Origin: a virus
Length of the DNA: 64,000 bases
IMG/VR virus record: IMGVR_UViG_3300046660_000403
Location: 12,832 to 76,831 of that record
Strand: one strand, 5' to 3'
The notes beneath the pieces are model-generated. The model made no database searches and was not told the origin of the DNA. It saw nothing but the letters and a program-made list of their open reading frames with translations. Within the stretch, counting starts at the first letter, position 1; each line of letters starts with the position of its first letter. Shown here in pieces: positions 8,318 to 18,600 of the stretch. A program made the position numbers and the translations under genes.

Positions 8318-8966
8318 CTGCAGGCCAGTCCTCCAGTCCGAGCCGCTGCCGGTCATCTTCACCGGCTTCTACTCGAACACGCACGAACTGGGCCGCTGGG
8401 GGTGGCGCCTGGCCCTTGATGAAGGCTTCCGCCGGGATGATCCATTTCACCGAGCGCGCAACGCGCTCCTGCACCACGACAAGCTGGGAGTGACGCTGGT
8501 GGGCGACCTGTACGGCGAGGACGATCTGCTGCGTGGGCGGCGTGAATACCATCATCCGTATGGCGGCTCCGGCTATCGTGAGAACGAAGAAAGCTTCCAC
8601 CGCCGCCGGTATGAAGACGGGCCGCGCATCGAGATCCGCTCGGCCGGCAAGGTAGGGCAGATGCCGATCATGATGGCGCCAAGTGGATTGAACGCGCTGA
8701 GCTGGCGCAGCACGGAAAGCACACATACCGACATCGCCCATCCGCGCGAGCTGCACGAGCTGCCCTTGTTCGCCCAGCTGTATCCGGATACCCAAGAGCT
8801 GATTGTGGAACCGCAGAGCGTGCAGGCCTTGCTGGACCAGATCCTTGCCCAGCAGGGGCCGATGCGCAAGGAGATCCGTGCACGCGATGCCCGCCGCGAT
8901 CGCGCGTCCGGTGCCAAGGAGGCGCGCCAGGTGCACGCGCAAATCGTCTCCCTGGCTGCTGCCTAA
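8301..8966 (+). CDS. Hypothetical protein
   Basis: 221-aa ORF overlapping the previous gene. Confidence 0.75.
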   Translation: MARLTDCRPVLQSEPLPVIFTGFYSNTHELGRWGWRLALDEGFRRDDPFHRARNALLHHDKLGVTLVGDLYGEDDLLRGRREYHHPYGGSGYRENEESFHRRRYEDGPRIEIRSAGKVGQMPIMMAPSGLNALSWRSTESTHTDIAHPRELHELPLFAQLYPDTQELIVEPQSVQALLDQILAQQGPMRKEIRARDARRDRASGAKEARQVHAQIVSLAAA

Positions 8967-9378
8967 GTTTCGCCCTCACGGTGCGGGTGGGCCTTGCCGC
9001 CCGCGCGCGCCCCATACACAGATCCCGACGAGAGCAATGAGCTGAGCGCCACCGATCGGGTTCTGCTGCAACACCTGCACCAGCGGCAACGCGGCCACGC
9101 CCAACACAGCGCTGAGTAATTTGTCCATCTATTTCTCCATGTAACGGCTGAACCATTTCAGCCGGCTGGCTCGCGCCATGACGGCCAGTGTCGTGTCACG
9201 ACGGCCGTACACGAAGTATTTTGCATGAGGCGCAATTCGACTTTCCCGCCTGTTTTCCTAAGCGCGAAACCGCCTGGCGCGGCGCATTTCAAGTGGCCCA
9301 TGCCCCCGGATTTAAAGCCGTGCGCCAGCCGATTTAAAGGCATATTTAAACTAAAAATTGAAATTATTTAAAAAGTCT

Positions 9379-9408
9379 TTGACTGCTCTCCTTTGCAAGT
9401 CATAAAAT
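9379..9408 (+). promoter_or_regulatory. sigma70 promoter of the hns operon
   Basis: TTGACT-18-TAAAAT in an AT-rich tract. Confidence 0.7.
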
Positions 9409-9451
9409 TACAACTGTAAGTTGATTTTTCTAAACCACACATGGAGCACAC

Positions 9452-9796
9452 ATGGACCTGAATACCCTGACCACCCCAGAATTGAAACAATTGCGCAAGG
9501 ATGTTGAAGTGGCGCTGATCGCCCGCGAGGCGCTTGACAAGAAAGAGGCCATTGCCAAAGTGCACGCGGTCGCGGCGGAGGTGAATATGCCCGTGGCGGA
9601 ACTGGTGGCCATGCTCGGCGGCAAAGCGAAGAAGGATCGCGCAACGGTGCCCATGAAATATTACAATCCCGCCGACAATTCCCAGCAATGGACCGGGCGC
9701 GGCCGGGCTCCAGTGTGGGCGCAGGCGCTCAAGGATAAGGGCTTGCTCGATACCGCCTTGCCAGCCCGCACCAATGAGCAGGAACCCAAGGCATGA
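9452..9796 (+). CDS. hns: H-NS family nucleoid-associated protein
   Basis: KYYNP..QQWTGRGRAPVW DNA-binding motif; N-terminal coiled coil. Confidence 0.9.
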   Translation: MDLNTLTTPELKQLRKDVEVALIAREALDKKEAIAKVHAVAAEVNMPVAELVAMLGGKAKKDRATVPMKYYNPADNSQQWTGRGRAPVWAQALKDKGLLDTALPARTNEQEPKA

Positions 9797-10878
9797 GCAT
9801 GACAATCGGGCGCATCGAGCGCACCGGCCGCATCGCGTTTAGTGATGCAAGCCTTAATGTGTGGGAGGAAGGAATTTCCGCAGCCCGCGCCGTGGGCGGT
9901 TATCAGGGCGCAAAGGACTGGGAACGCCAGTTTAAGCGCGACGTGTTCGCGCGCATCATGCAGACGCTTAATCGGCTGGGCTGGACTTGCGTCATTCCGC
10001 CAGACAAAATCGAACAATATGGCATGGACTTCGCCAGTAACCGGCGCTATTGCCGTAAGGGCGATCTGCAGGCGGATCTGGAGATCACTGGACGCTGCAT
10101 TAATTTCAACATGTTCCAGAACGTGAATGCGCCGGACCGTCCAGACCATGACGGACGCTACCAGAGCAACAAGGAGCGGCACATGCCCTATCCGATGCGC
10201 TTGGAAATGGAGCGCACGCGCCGCCGGATCCGCACCTATCTGCTCAATGTCTTCACTGGTTATGAGTTCAAGCCTTCCGACCCAGTGCTGGGCTTCAACG
10301 GCTTCACGGCGCTTGAATATGCCGCCCACGACCGCCGCACCAGCGGGCATTATGTCGCTGAGCTGGACCGCGCCCGATTCAGCAATGGGAACGAAGGCTT
10401 TTCGGCCGATGGCCACCCACTGGAGAATGGCACCCGAGTCTATGCAAGGGACCATTACGGTCGCATCATCTGCGGCGCGGCGTTCTACAGCCTGGGTGGA
10501 AACTGGAAAATAATCACCGGCCGCTACGACGTGTCCAACGTCTGGCACACCGATATCTGGGTGCGCTGCCCCGGCGATCCGCGCGTAAAGCGCAATGCCG
10601 ACCAGCGCCGCAAGCGCCTGGAAGGCGAAATGAGCAAGGCCATTGCGGCGATGAAATTCGAGCGTGCGGCCGTGTTGCGTGACATCCTGTTCCCTGGCAA
10701 TCCGGACGTGTTCACCATTTTTAATACCGAGCATCAGCTGTATCACCGCCCTGGCTGTCGCGGTTACACGACCGACCTGGCGCAAGCGGGTAAGTTCACG
10801 GCGGACGAGGTGCGCGGCTGGGATTGTGCGCCCAACAAGGTCATTCAGCTTGTTGAAGGAGCGCCCGCGCATGGATAA
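9793..10878 (+). CDS. Phage protein with a UVR-like coiled-coil motif
   Basis: LEGEMSKAIAAMKFERAAVLRD; C-terminal GYTTDLAQAGKF. Confidence 0.75.
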   Translation: MSMTIGRIERTGRIAFSDASLNVWEEGISAARAVGGYQGAKDWERQFKRDVFARIMQTLNRLGWTCVIPPDKIEQYGMDFASNRRYCRKGDLQADLEITGRCINFNMFQNVNAPDRPDHDGRYQSNKERHMPYPMRLEMERTRRRIRTYLLNVFTGYEFKPSDPVLGFNGFTALEYAAHDRRTSGHYVAELDRARFSNGNEGFSADGHPLENGTRVYARDHYGRIICGAAFYSLGGNWKIITGRYDVSNVWHTDIWVRCPGDPRVKRNADQRRKRLEGEMSKAIAAMKFERAAVLRDILFPGNPDVFTIFNTEHQLYHRPGCRGYTTDLAQAGKFTADEVRGWDCAPNKVIQLVEGAPAHG

Positions 10879-11572
10879 GGACACGGCGCTGCGGCGCATC
10901 CGCAAATGCCTGGCGCTGTCGGCATCGAACGAGCCGGAAGAGGCCGCCGCTGCGATGCGCCAAGCGCAGAAGCTCATGGAGCAGTTCAACATCGAACACC
11001 CGGAGTTGCAGGCGTCCACCGCATCGCATCAATGGGTCAAAAGCCGCGCCAAGGCACGGCCGCCCCTCTATGAGGTGCACATGGCCAACGTACTGGCCAA
11101 GGGCTTTGGTTGCGACCTGATTTTTAGCCAGGAGTGGCTGAGCGCCGATCTGCACGGGGGCTACAATTTCATTGGTGTTGCGCCGGCGCCGGAGATCGCC
11201 AGCTACACCTTCACGGTGCTGCGGCGCAAGCTGTTGCAGGCGCGCGCCGATTACACGGCCATCGCCTTGAAGCGCTACCGCAAGAACAAAGTGGCAGCCG
11301 CCGATGCGTTTTGCACTGGCTGGGCGGTGTCGGCGTGCGGCAAGGTGCTGCCAGCGGCGCCTGTGCCCGAGCAGGTGCGGGCGATTGCCGCCTATCGCGC
11401 ACGTGAATTTGGCGCGACCAGCGTCACCAAGGGAAACGACAGGGCGGTTGCCGTCAAGTCGCTTCCAGACCATCACAAGATGCGGGGCTACATCGCTGGC
11501 GATAAGGTCACGGTGCAGCCGGGCGTGGGTGGCGCGGCCGCCCCAGCACAGCTCGGCTTCACTGGATTGTAA
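10871..11572 (+). CDS. DUF2786-domain protein
   Basis: RIRKCLALSAS-NEPEEAAAAMRQAQKLMEQFNI. Confidence 0.85.
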   Translation: MDKDTALRRIRKCLALSASNEPEEAAAAMRQAQKLMEQFNIEHPELQASTASHQWVKSRAKARPPLYEVHMANVLAKGFGCDLIFSQEWLSADLHGGYNFIGVAPAPEIASYTFTVLRRKLLQARADYTAIALKRYRKNKVAAADAFCTGWAVSACGKVLPAAPVPEQVRAIAAYRAREFGATSVTKGNDRAVAVKSLPDHHKMRGYIAGDKVTVQPGVGGAAAPAQLGFTGL

Positions 11573-11706
11573 GCCTGGACGAACCGCGCTGACGTTCCAT
11601 CGACGCCAGAAATATGCAATGCTACACTGACAATAGAATCCGCTTCGGCGGGTAACCCGGCGCTCGCGCCCCGCATCTGGCCGGTTGCCAGGATAGGATA
11701 GCAACC

Positions 11707-12144
11707 ATGGAATCACCCTTCGTTACGCACCGCGACAAGGTACTGGGACACTACAGCACTGCTAAATGGCTCCGCAAGCTCGTGCTGGCCATGTGGAATG
11801 GCCATGATTACCCGGTTGGCTTGTCGCCGCTTGCTGGCCTGGATGAGAATCACGCAAAGGCCGCTGCCGATATGATGTTGTCCTACAGTCGGCGCGGCGA
11901 GGGGGATCTGGCGTTTATGGCGCTGGCAGAAGAATGCTTGGCCCGGCAAGATGCCGAGTTGGCTGCGGCCGGGCGCGCCAAGGAGCTGGAACGGTGGATG
12001 GCGGAGACCGAGAGGTGCGCACGGTCGCTCGGCCTGCCCCGTGGTATCACGGATGATCGCTATAACTGGTTCGAGGAACGCTTCGGTGCGGGAATGGGGC
12101 CTGACGCGGCCGCGCATGAGGCCAAGACCGCCAATTTGCAATGA
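11707..12144 (+). CDS. Hypothetical protein, paralog-like to the next gene
   Basis: LVLAMWNGHDYPVGLSPLAGLD. Confidence 0.75.
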   Translation: MESPFVTHRDKVLGHYSTAKWLRKLVLAMWNGHDYPVGLSPLAGLDENHAKAAADMMLSYSRRGEGDLAFMALAEECLARQDAELAAAGRAKELERWMAETERCARSLGLPRGITDDRYNWFEERFGAGMGPDAAAHEAKTANLQ

Positions 12145-12179
12145 CCAATCAGATACGGACGAATTAGGAGAAAGCACTA

Positions 12180-12599
12180 ATGGACCACAAACCAAGCCCG
12201 CTACGCCAGCCTGACCCCGAAGCGCAAGCGCGTGCGCGCACGCACATGCTCCTGCGCCGCCAAGTCATCGAGGCGCGTGATGCGATGCTGCCGCAAGTGA
12301 GGGCCGAAGGCGTTGCGGCGCTACAGCGGCTCCTTCCGATCGCCCGGAGCGACACGGGGCAGTCATCCGTCGTCGCCCGGTTCCTGCTGAACCTGTACAA
12401 CGGCGAGCGCTTCCCGTTCGATATGACCGATCTGCGCCGGCTGGACTACGAGGTGTTCGACGATTGCATGGCTGTGTTGAAAATGGATTTCCAGCCCTTG
12501 ATGGAAGTACACCGCTACTTCGAGAACGGCGGCGCCATTTGGGAAGCGCTGGCCAGCGATTGGGGCTTCACGGATTACGCCGGGAAGACCTGGCGCTAA
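12180..12599 (+). CDS. Conserved mobile-element protein (SDTGQS..FLLNLYNG..FD..DL..LD family)
   Basis: Motif recognised; AGGAG RBS. Confidence 0.8.
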   Translation: MDHKPSPLRQPDPEAQARARTHMLLRRQVIEARDAMLPQVRAEGVAALQRLLPIARSDTGQSSVVARFLLNLYNGERFPFDMTDLRRLDYEVFDDCMAVLKMDFQPLMEVHRYFENGGAIWEALASDWGFTDYAGKTWR

Positions 12600-12615
12600 C
12601 TGCACGCCATTGACG

Positions 12616-12644
12616 AAAAAGCCCCGGACAATCCGGGGCTTTTT
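12616..12644. terminator. Bidirectional terminator between converging operons
   Basis: AAAAAGCCCCGGA-CAA-TCCGGGGCTTTTT. Confidence 0.92.
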
Positions 12645-12656
12645 GCGTTTCAGGGC

Positions 12657-15600
12657 TTAGCCGCGTGTTTCGGCCAGTTCGCGGCTGACCGTCGCCTTGA
12701 GCGCCACCGGCGCGCTCTTCTGGGTCCGGTTCGCCGCGTCCTGGCGCATCGACCGCACCCGTTTCAGCACGCCCGGCATGCTGACCTTGACGGGCGCCTC
12801 CGGGTTCTTCGCGTTCCAGTCGTCGCGCCAGTCACGCGCGGCCTGCACCATGCCCGCATCGTTCTGGGCGATGCCCTGCGCCCAGTGCTCGGCGATTTCC
12901 GCCTGGCGCATGCGCGTCTGCGCCAGCATGTTGAGCGCTTGCCCCTTGGCATCCTGAATATCGGCCGTGCTGTTGGGCTGGAAGCCGATGATCTTCATGA
13001 TGCCCTCGGTGGTGCTGGTGTCGTTGACGCGGTAGCCGCGGGCGTCGTTGTAGCTGCCGCTGGCCAGCATGTCGGCGCCCTTGATGACGTTGCGCACGGA
13101 CGCCGGCGACACATCGAGCGCCGCGCCGGCGATATCGCCACCGAGCAGCTTGCCAGCGCCGGAGAACGCGCGCGCCGCCAAGTCACCAGCCGGGCCTGCC
13201 AGCTCGCCCAGATCGCGCGTGTAGCTCTCCTTCTTCTGCAACAGGCCGGTACCGGGAATCAGGTTACCCATGCCGAAGCGGCCGGCCACGTCCACCGGCA
13301 TGCCTGGCAGGCTCGAAATGCCCTTCAAGGCAAAGTCGGCGCCGCCTTGGCCCAGCACGTTCGTCAGGAAGGCCTGCTTGGCGCGCTTGGTGGCGAAGTT
13401 GTAACCCAGGCGTTGCATAATGCCGTCCAGCGCATCCTCCAGATCCTGCTCGAACGGCAGGCCGTCGGCGCCGGACATCAGGAACAGCACGGCCACCATG
13501 TACAGCGCGGCGCGGCGACCGGCCGCACGCTCCTTGGAGCCTGGTTCGCCAGCCATGGCCATGCGCGTGAGCAGCTCCAGATAGCCGATCGAATACTGCT
13601 TGAACGTCAGCAGCAGCGAACCGATGGTGCCACGCGCCCAGCGCGGCTTGTTGCCTGAGTTGTAGGTGCCCTGCGTTTGCGAAACCGCCTCCTGGGCGAA
13701 CTTGGCCGGGTTGCCCATGCCCTGCGCGATGGCAGTGCGGTAGGCCGCGATGAAGGTGATGCGGCGGTTGGCCAACTCGGCCATGGCGAACAGCTTGCCC
13801 CAGCCCAGCGAGACCTTGGCCATGGCGTTGTTCAGGTGCGCGCGGGTGTTCCCGGCCAGCGTGCCGTCGCCGGTACGCAGCGAGCCCTTGCCCGACGCCT
13901 GCGCCTGCAGGTAATGCACCTCCTGTGGCGCCACGATGCCCTCGTCCTCGGCCCACTTGAGCGCCGCGTCCAGATCCGCATCGCCAGTGCTGTCCTTACC
14001 GGCCAGTTTCACCGCGTCGGCCAGCGCCTTACCGGCCTTGGCCAAGCCGCCCCACTGGCTCAGGTACGGCAGCGTCATGGTGAAGGGCTGCGTCAGGTTG
14101 ACCATGGCTGATGCGACCGAACCGCCCAGGAACTGCGCGAACATCAGCCCGCCCAGTTGGTGGCCGCCGCCCTCCGGGTTGCGGATGTGCTCGCGCAGCT
14201 GCATGGCCGCGTCCGTCAGTTCCCCCTCCTGCTTGGGGATGGCGGTGACGGCCTCGTCGATCTCGCCCAGGTGGGCGTTGCCGGCGGTCAGGCGGGCATT
14301 GCTGTAGATGAAACCGGCCAGCACGCGCCCCGCATCCTCCGAGAAACCGGCGATGCCCTTGCGCTGGATCATGCGCTTCATGGCGCTGCGGTTGTTCTTG
14401 GCCAGCTTCAGATACGCCTGGTAGACTTCGGTGCTGGCGGCATCGGCCTGGCTGTCCAGGCCCACCATGGAGCCGAACAGTTCGATCGTCTCGGGCGATA
14501 CGCCGGCGAACAGTTTATAGGCGTCCTCCGACACCGTGCCCTGTGTCACCAGGGCGCCGGCGTGCGCCTCGCGCATGTCGCGCGCCATCTTCGCGGCCTC
14601 GTGCTGCGACTCGAACATGCCGAAATACACCTGTTCTTCGCCGTCCTGCACGTAGACCGTGTACTTGCCGAAGCGCGACAGCGGCGCGTAGCCGCGATCC
14701 ATCAAGCCTTGTCCCTTGTCGGCCAGGTTCATGATCTGGCTGGCCGTGTCGAGGTGCATGTCGGTCTGCTCCGGATGCAGCTTGGCCAGCGCGATGAAGT
14801 GGTCGCGCAGCAGGTTCGCCGCCTGTGCCAGGCTTGGCTCGGCCACGGCCTGCTCTTGCAGGCTCTTGGCGTCCTTGCCGCCCAGTTTCACCATTTCGCT
14901 GATGGTAAGATTGGTCAGGCTCTTGTCGAGCGCGGCGCGGAACTCGCGGTACAGCGCGATCTGCGCATCGGAGAGGCTGAACTTGTCGCGCAGCTCGGCA
15001 TCGCTCCACACCACGCCTCCCTGCAGCTGCGTGGCCGTGTAGCGACTGTTGATGCTCGCATCGTAGATGCCCAATGGGCTGGCCAGCCACGCCTGGTGCT
15101 GCTGGTGGTCGATGATGCCCTTGGCCAGCAGGATGCGCGCCTTGTCGGCAGTGCTCATCTGCTCGGCCTGCGCCTCCAGATCGGCCATGCTGATCGGCGC
15201 GCCGTTGGCATCGCGCGCCCAGCTCAGCGTGCCCTCGAAGATCGGCGCGGCGATCGCCTTGCTGTCCTCGGCGGTCAACGGCTTCTTGCGGTTCTTGCCG
15301 ATGATGTCGGCGATGTTCTCCAGCTTGGGCAGCAGCGTGGGGGCCATGTCGGCCGCCACCACCGCATAGCGCGACACGTCGCCCAGGAAGCGCTGCACAG
15401 CCTCGTAGACCGGTGCGAAAATCGGGCGGCGCTTGGCCAGGTTGTCCATGGTGCCCAGCGTCTTGTGCCACCAGTTGAGCTTGCCGGAGCTGTTGAACAG
15501 ATCGCCCAGGCGGTAGCCGGCCGGCAGGCGCAGATCCTCGATGCTGTTGGCCGCGCCCGCCAGGCGCTCGCCCAGGCCGGTGCGGCTGTATGCGGCCGCA

Positions 15601-18600
15601 TCACCCGCCTCGTTGACCAGCGTATGCACGGTCGGGCTATGGGCGAGGAAGTCCGTGCCCCACGTCGCGCCGTTCACGCGCGCGGTCTGGGCGTCAGCCG
15701 AAACCACGTCCGTGATCACGCCCGCCTCCACCCACGGCGCGAACGCGTCAACGTCGGCGCCTTCGGGCAGCGCCAGGAAGCGGTGTCCGCCGCTGCCGGT
15801 CTCGCGCACCATGCGGCGCAGCACGCCCTTGCCCTTGGCCAAGCCGCGTTTGCTGGTGTCGGTCAGCGCGCCCATCGGCACGTCCACCAGCAGCTGTACG
15901 GCGCCGTGAATGTCGGTCAGCACCAGCGCCGCGTGCCCGGCCGGGATTTGCAAAGCCTTGGCCAGCTGCGCCACATAGCCCGGTCCCTTGATGGCCACGC
16001 CCAGCAGTTGGTGCTCCAGCTCGGGCGCGCCGGTGAAATCGACGCCGTTCAATTCCGGCGCGGCCACCAGATCATGCGCGCCGGCGGCGTCGATGATGGC
16101 GTATTCATTGTGATCGATGACGACGTGCCCGCGCATGCCGGATACGGCAGCGGCGGTGCCGGTGGTCAGGTCGACGTCAGCGTCGGATGGCGTGGCGCGG
16201 CCCGACGGGTGGTTATGCAGCAGGTAGTAGCCATCGGCGCCGAAGCGGGCCTTGTCGGCCGCCACTTGCGCGTTCAGGTTGTTCGGCGTGCCCACCGATG
16301 CCGGCAGGCGCGAGGTGTAGCCGGCCTCGCCGACGATCTGGTCGCCAGCGGTGTAGAGCACGCGGAAGGTCTCGAAACGGGGATCGCGGTAAACCTGCGC
16401 CAGGGCGGCCAGGTCGGCCGGCGTGTGGACTACTTGCCCGACAAGCTCGTTGGGCTGTCCGGCAACGAACCCGGCGAGCAACCGGCTACCGAGTACGGTA
16501 GCTGCGCCTCGACCAGCTGGATTGCCTTCGCCGATACGATCAACGCCGAGCCGTCGGGAAAGTGCTTCGACGGCAGCGCGTCCGGTTCGCAGTTGGGCGT
16601 CGGTACTGCCTGGGCGGGTGTCGGTGTGTTCATAGGCGTCATTATAACCGGACGGTCCGGGCTCATGCAGCGTGCGCGGGGCGCTGCCCTGCCCTTGCGC
16701 CGCGGCGTGCTCGGCCCAGGTATCGACCAAGATGGCGCGCACCGCTTCCACGTCGCGCACCAGGTTGGCGGCGTCCCAGCGCGACCCGCGCAGCGCGCCG
16801 ATCAGCTTGGCCGCCACTTCCATGAATTTATAGGCCACCTGGCGGAACAGGGAACGGTCGGCCTTGGCCAGGTCGGACCAGAACACCGGTTCGAGCCACA
16901 TGGCGCCGTTGATGTCGGCGATCACCTCGGCCTCGGCCTGCTCCATGGGCACGTCCTGCAAGCCGGCGGCGACGTACTCGCGCAGCTGGCGATCGGCCAC
17001 CACGCCATCCTTCAGGTGGGCGCGGATGCGCTCGCGCAGCTTGGCCCCGAGTGCCGGGTTCGATTGCTCCAGGGCGTGCAGCGTCTCGTGGCCGGCGATG
17101 GCCAGCACGGGATTGTGCAGGCTTTCCGCCAGGTAGGCGGTGCCGCGATAGGCCACACCCTCGAAGTCGCCATTGGCGGAGACGAAATTGACGTCGATGC
17201 CCAGCGCCTTGCCGGCCTGGCGCGCCAGCGCGAAGCCGGCATTGGGCGCCGTGCGCAGCGCGCGCACCGGCGCCATGCCTTCCTTGGCCAGCACGCGGTT
17301 CAGCTGTTCGGTGGTCTTCTTCGCTGCCAGCAGCTCGGCGCCGGTCAGCACCAGGGGCGCCGCGGTGCCCGCGTCATGTCCGGCAGGAACGGGCGGCAGG
17401 AAGGCGCGCGCCTCATCGCGGAAGTATTCGGCGTCGCGGCTGTACAGCACGCCCGCCAGCGGCGTGCTTACACGTTGTAAGAGCCGGTCTGCAACGTGAT
17501 CCAGTACGTCTCGCCCGCCGTCGCGTCCTTCTTCGCGTAAAACGGCTGCGACAAGTGCCGCTCTCTTAAGATCAGACACCCCAATCGGAGGCGTATACGC
17601 TCCTCGGTGGGATGGAAAGAGTGCGTCATAAGCCCGGCGAAGCGATCCTGCAGCAGCTGCAAAATCCGCGTCTGTGAAAGGTACTGCATCCACTCGTGCG
17701 AGCTGCCCTTCTGCTTCATCAGGGCCAGCAGCGCCTCGTCCGGCAGTGCTTCGATCTCCTCCTGATCCCAGTCCATCCGCATCAGCTTGTTCTCCTGCAG
17801 CGGATTGGTCAGCCAATAGTGCGCCGGAAGATGCCCGAACGGGTGCGGCGTCGCGTTCAAAGCGGGCACGGGAGAAGTTGTAATGGACATCGGCGATCTC
17901 AGGGAAGACATGCAGGATGTTAGTGTAGGACGAAAGCAGCAGCTCGCGCAAGTTGTGCGCGTCGTCACCGGTGCGCCAGGCGACCGGGCGCACCGGCACG
18001 CCGGTGGCCGTTTGGATCGCTTCCACCTGGCGCGCGTGCGGCGCCAGGTGGGCGGTGGTGCCGTGGCGCAGCGCCGACGAGATCATCTGCTCGGTGCGGC
18101 GGTACAGCGCCTTGTCGGACAGCCCTTGCGGGTCGCCGATGAATACCTGCTTCGTGTTGTGCGCGAAAGTGGCCACCGCCTGGTAGACCTGGGCGCCCAG
18201 CTTGCCCTCCTTCCAGTTGGAGATATCGAGCCAGACTTCCTTGTTCTTGTTGTTTTTGTACACCCAGGCCAGCTCGCCGTCGGGAGACGTAATCTGCCAG
18301 ACGCGGTCCACCGGCGTGGCGGCGTCCTCTTCCTCACCCTGGCTGTAGAACTCGTCCACGGTCATGCTCGGCCCCACTTCGGCCAGCACACCGGCCAGCG
18401 TCTTGGCTTCGCTACCAGGCAGGCGGAATGCGTCGTCATCGCTGGCCAGCTGCGAGAAGATATTGACCAGCTGATCGTCCGTGTCGATGCGCGCACGGCT
18501 GAATTGCGCCTCCGCCGGCGCCTGGCGCATGTAGCTGCCGTCCGCGCGGCGCAGCGGGTTGCTGCGCGCGACAATGGCGCGGGCGGGCGTGGAGGGGCCG

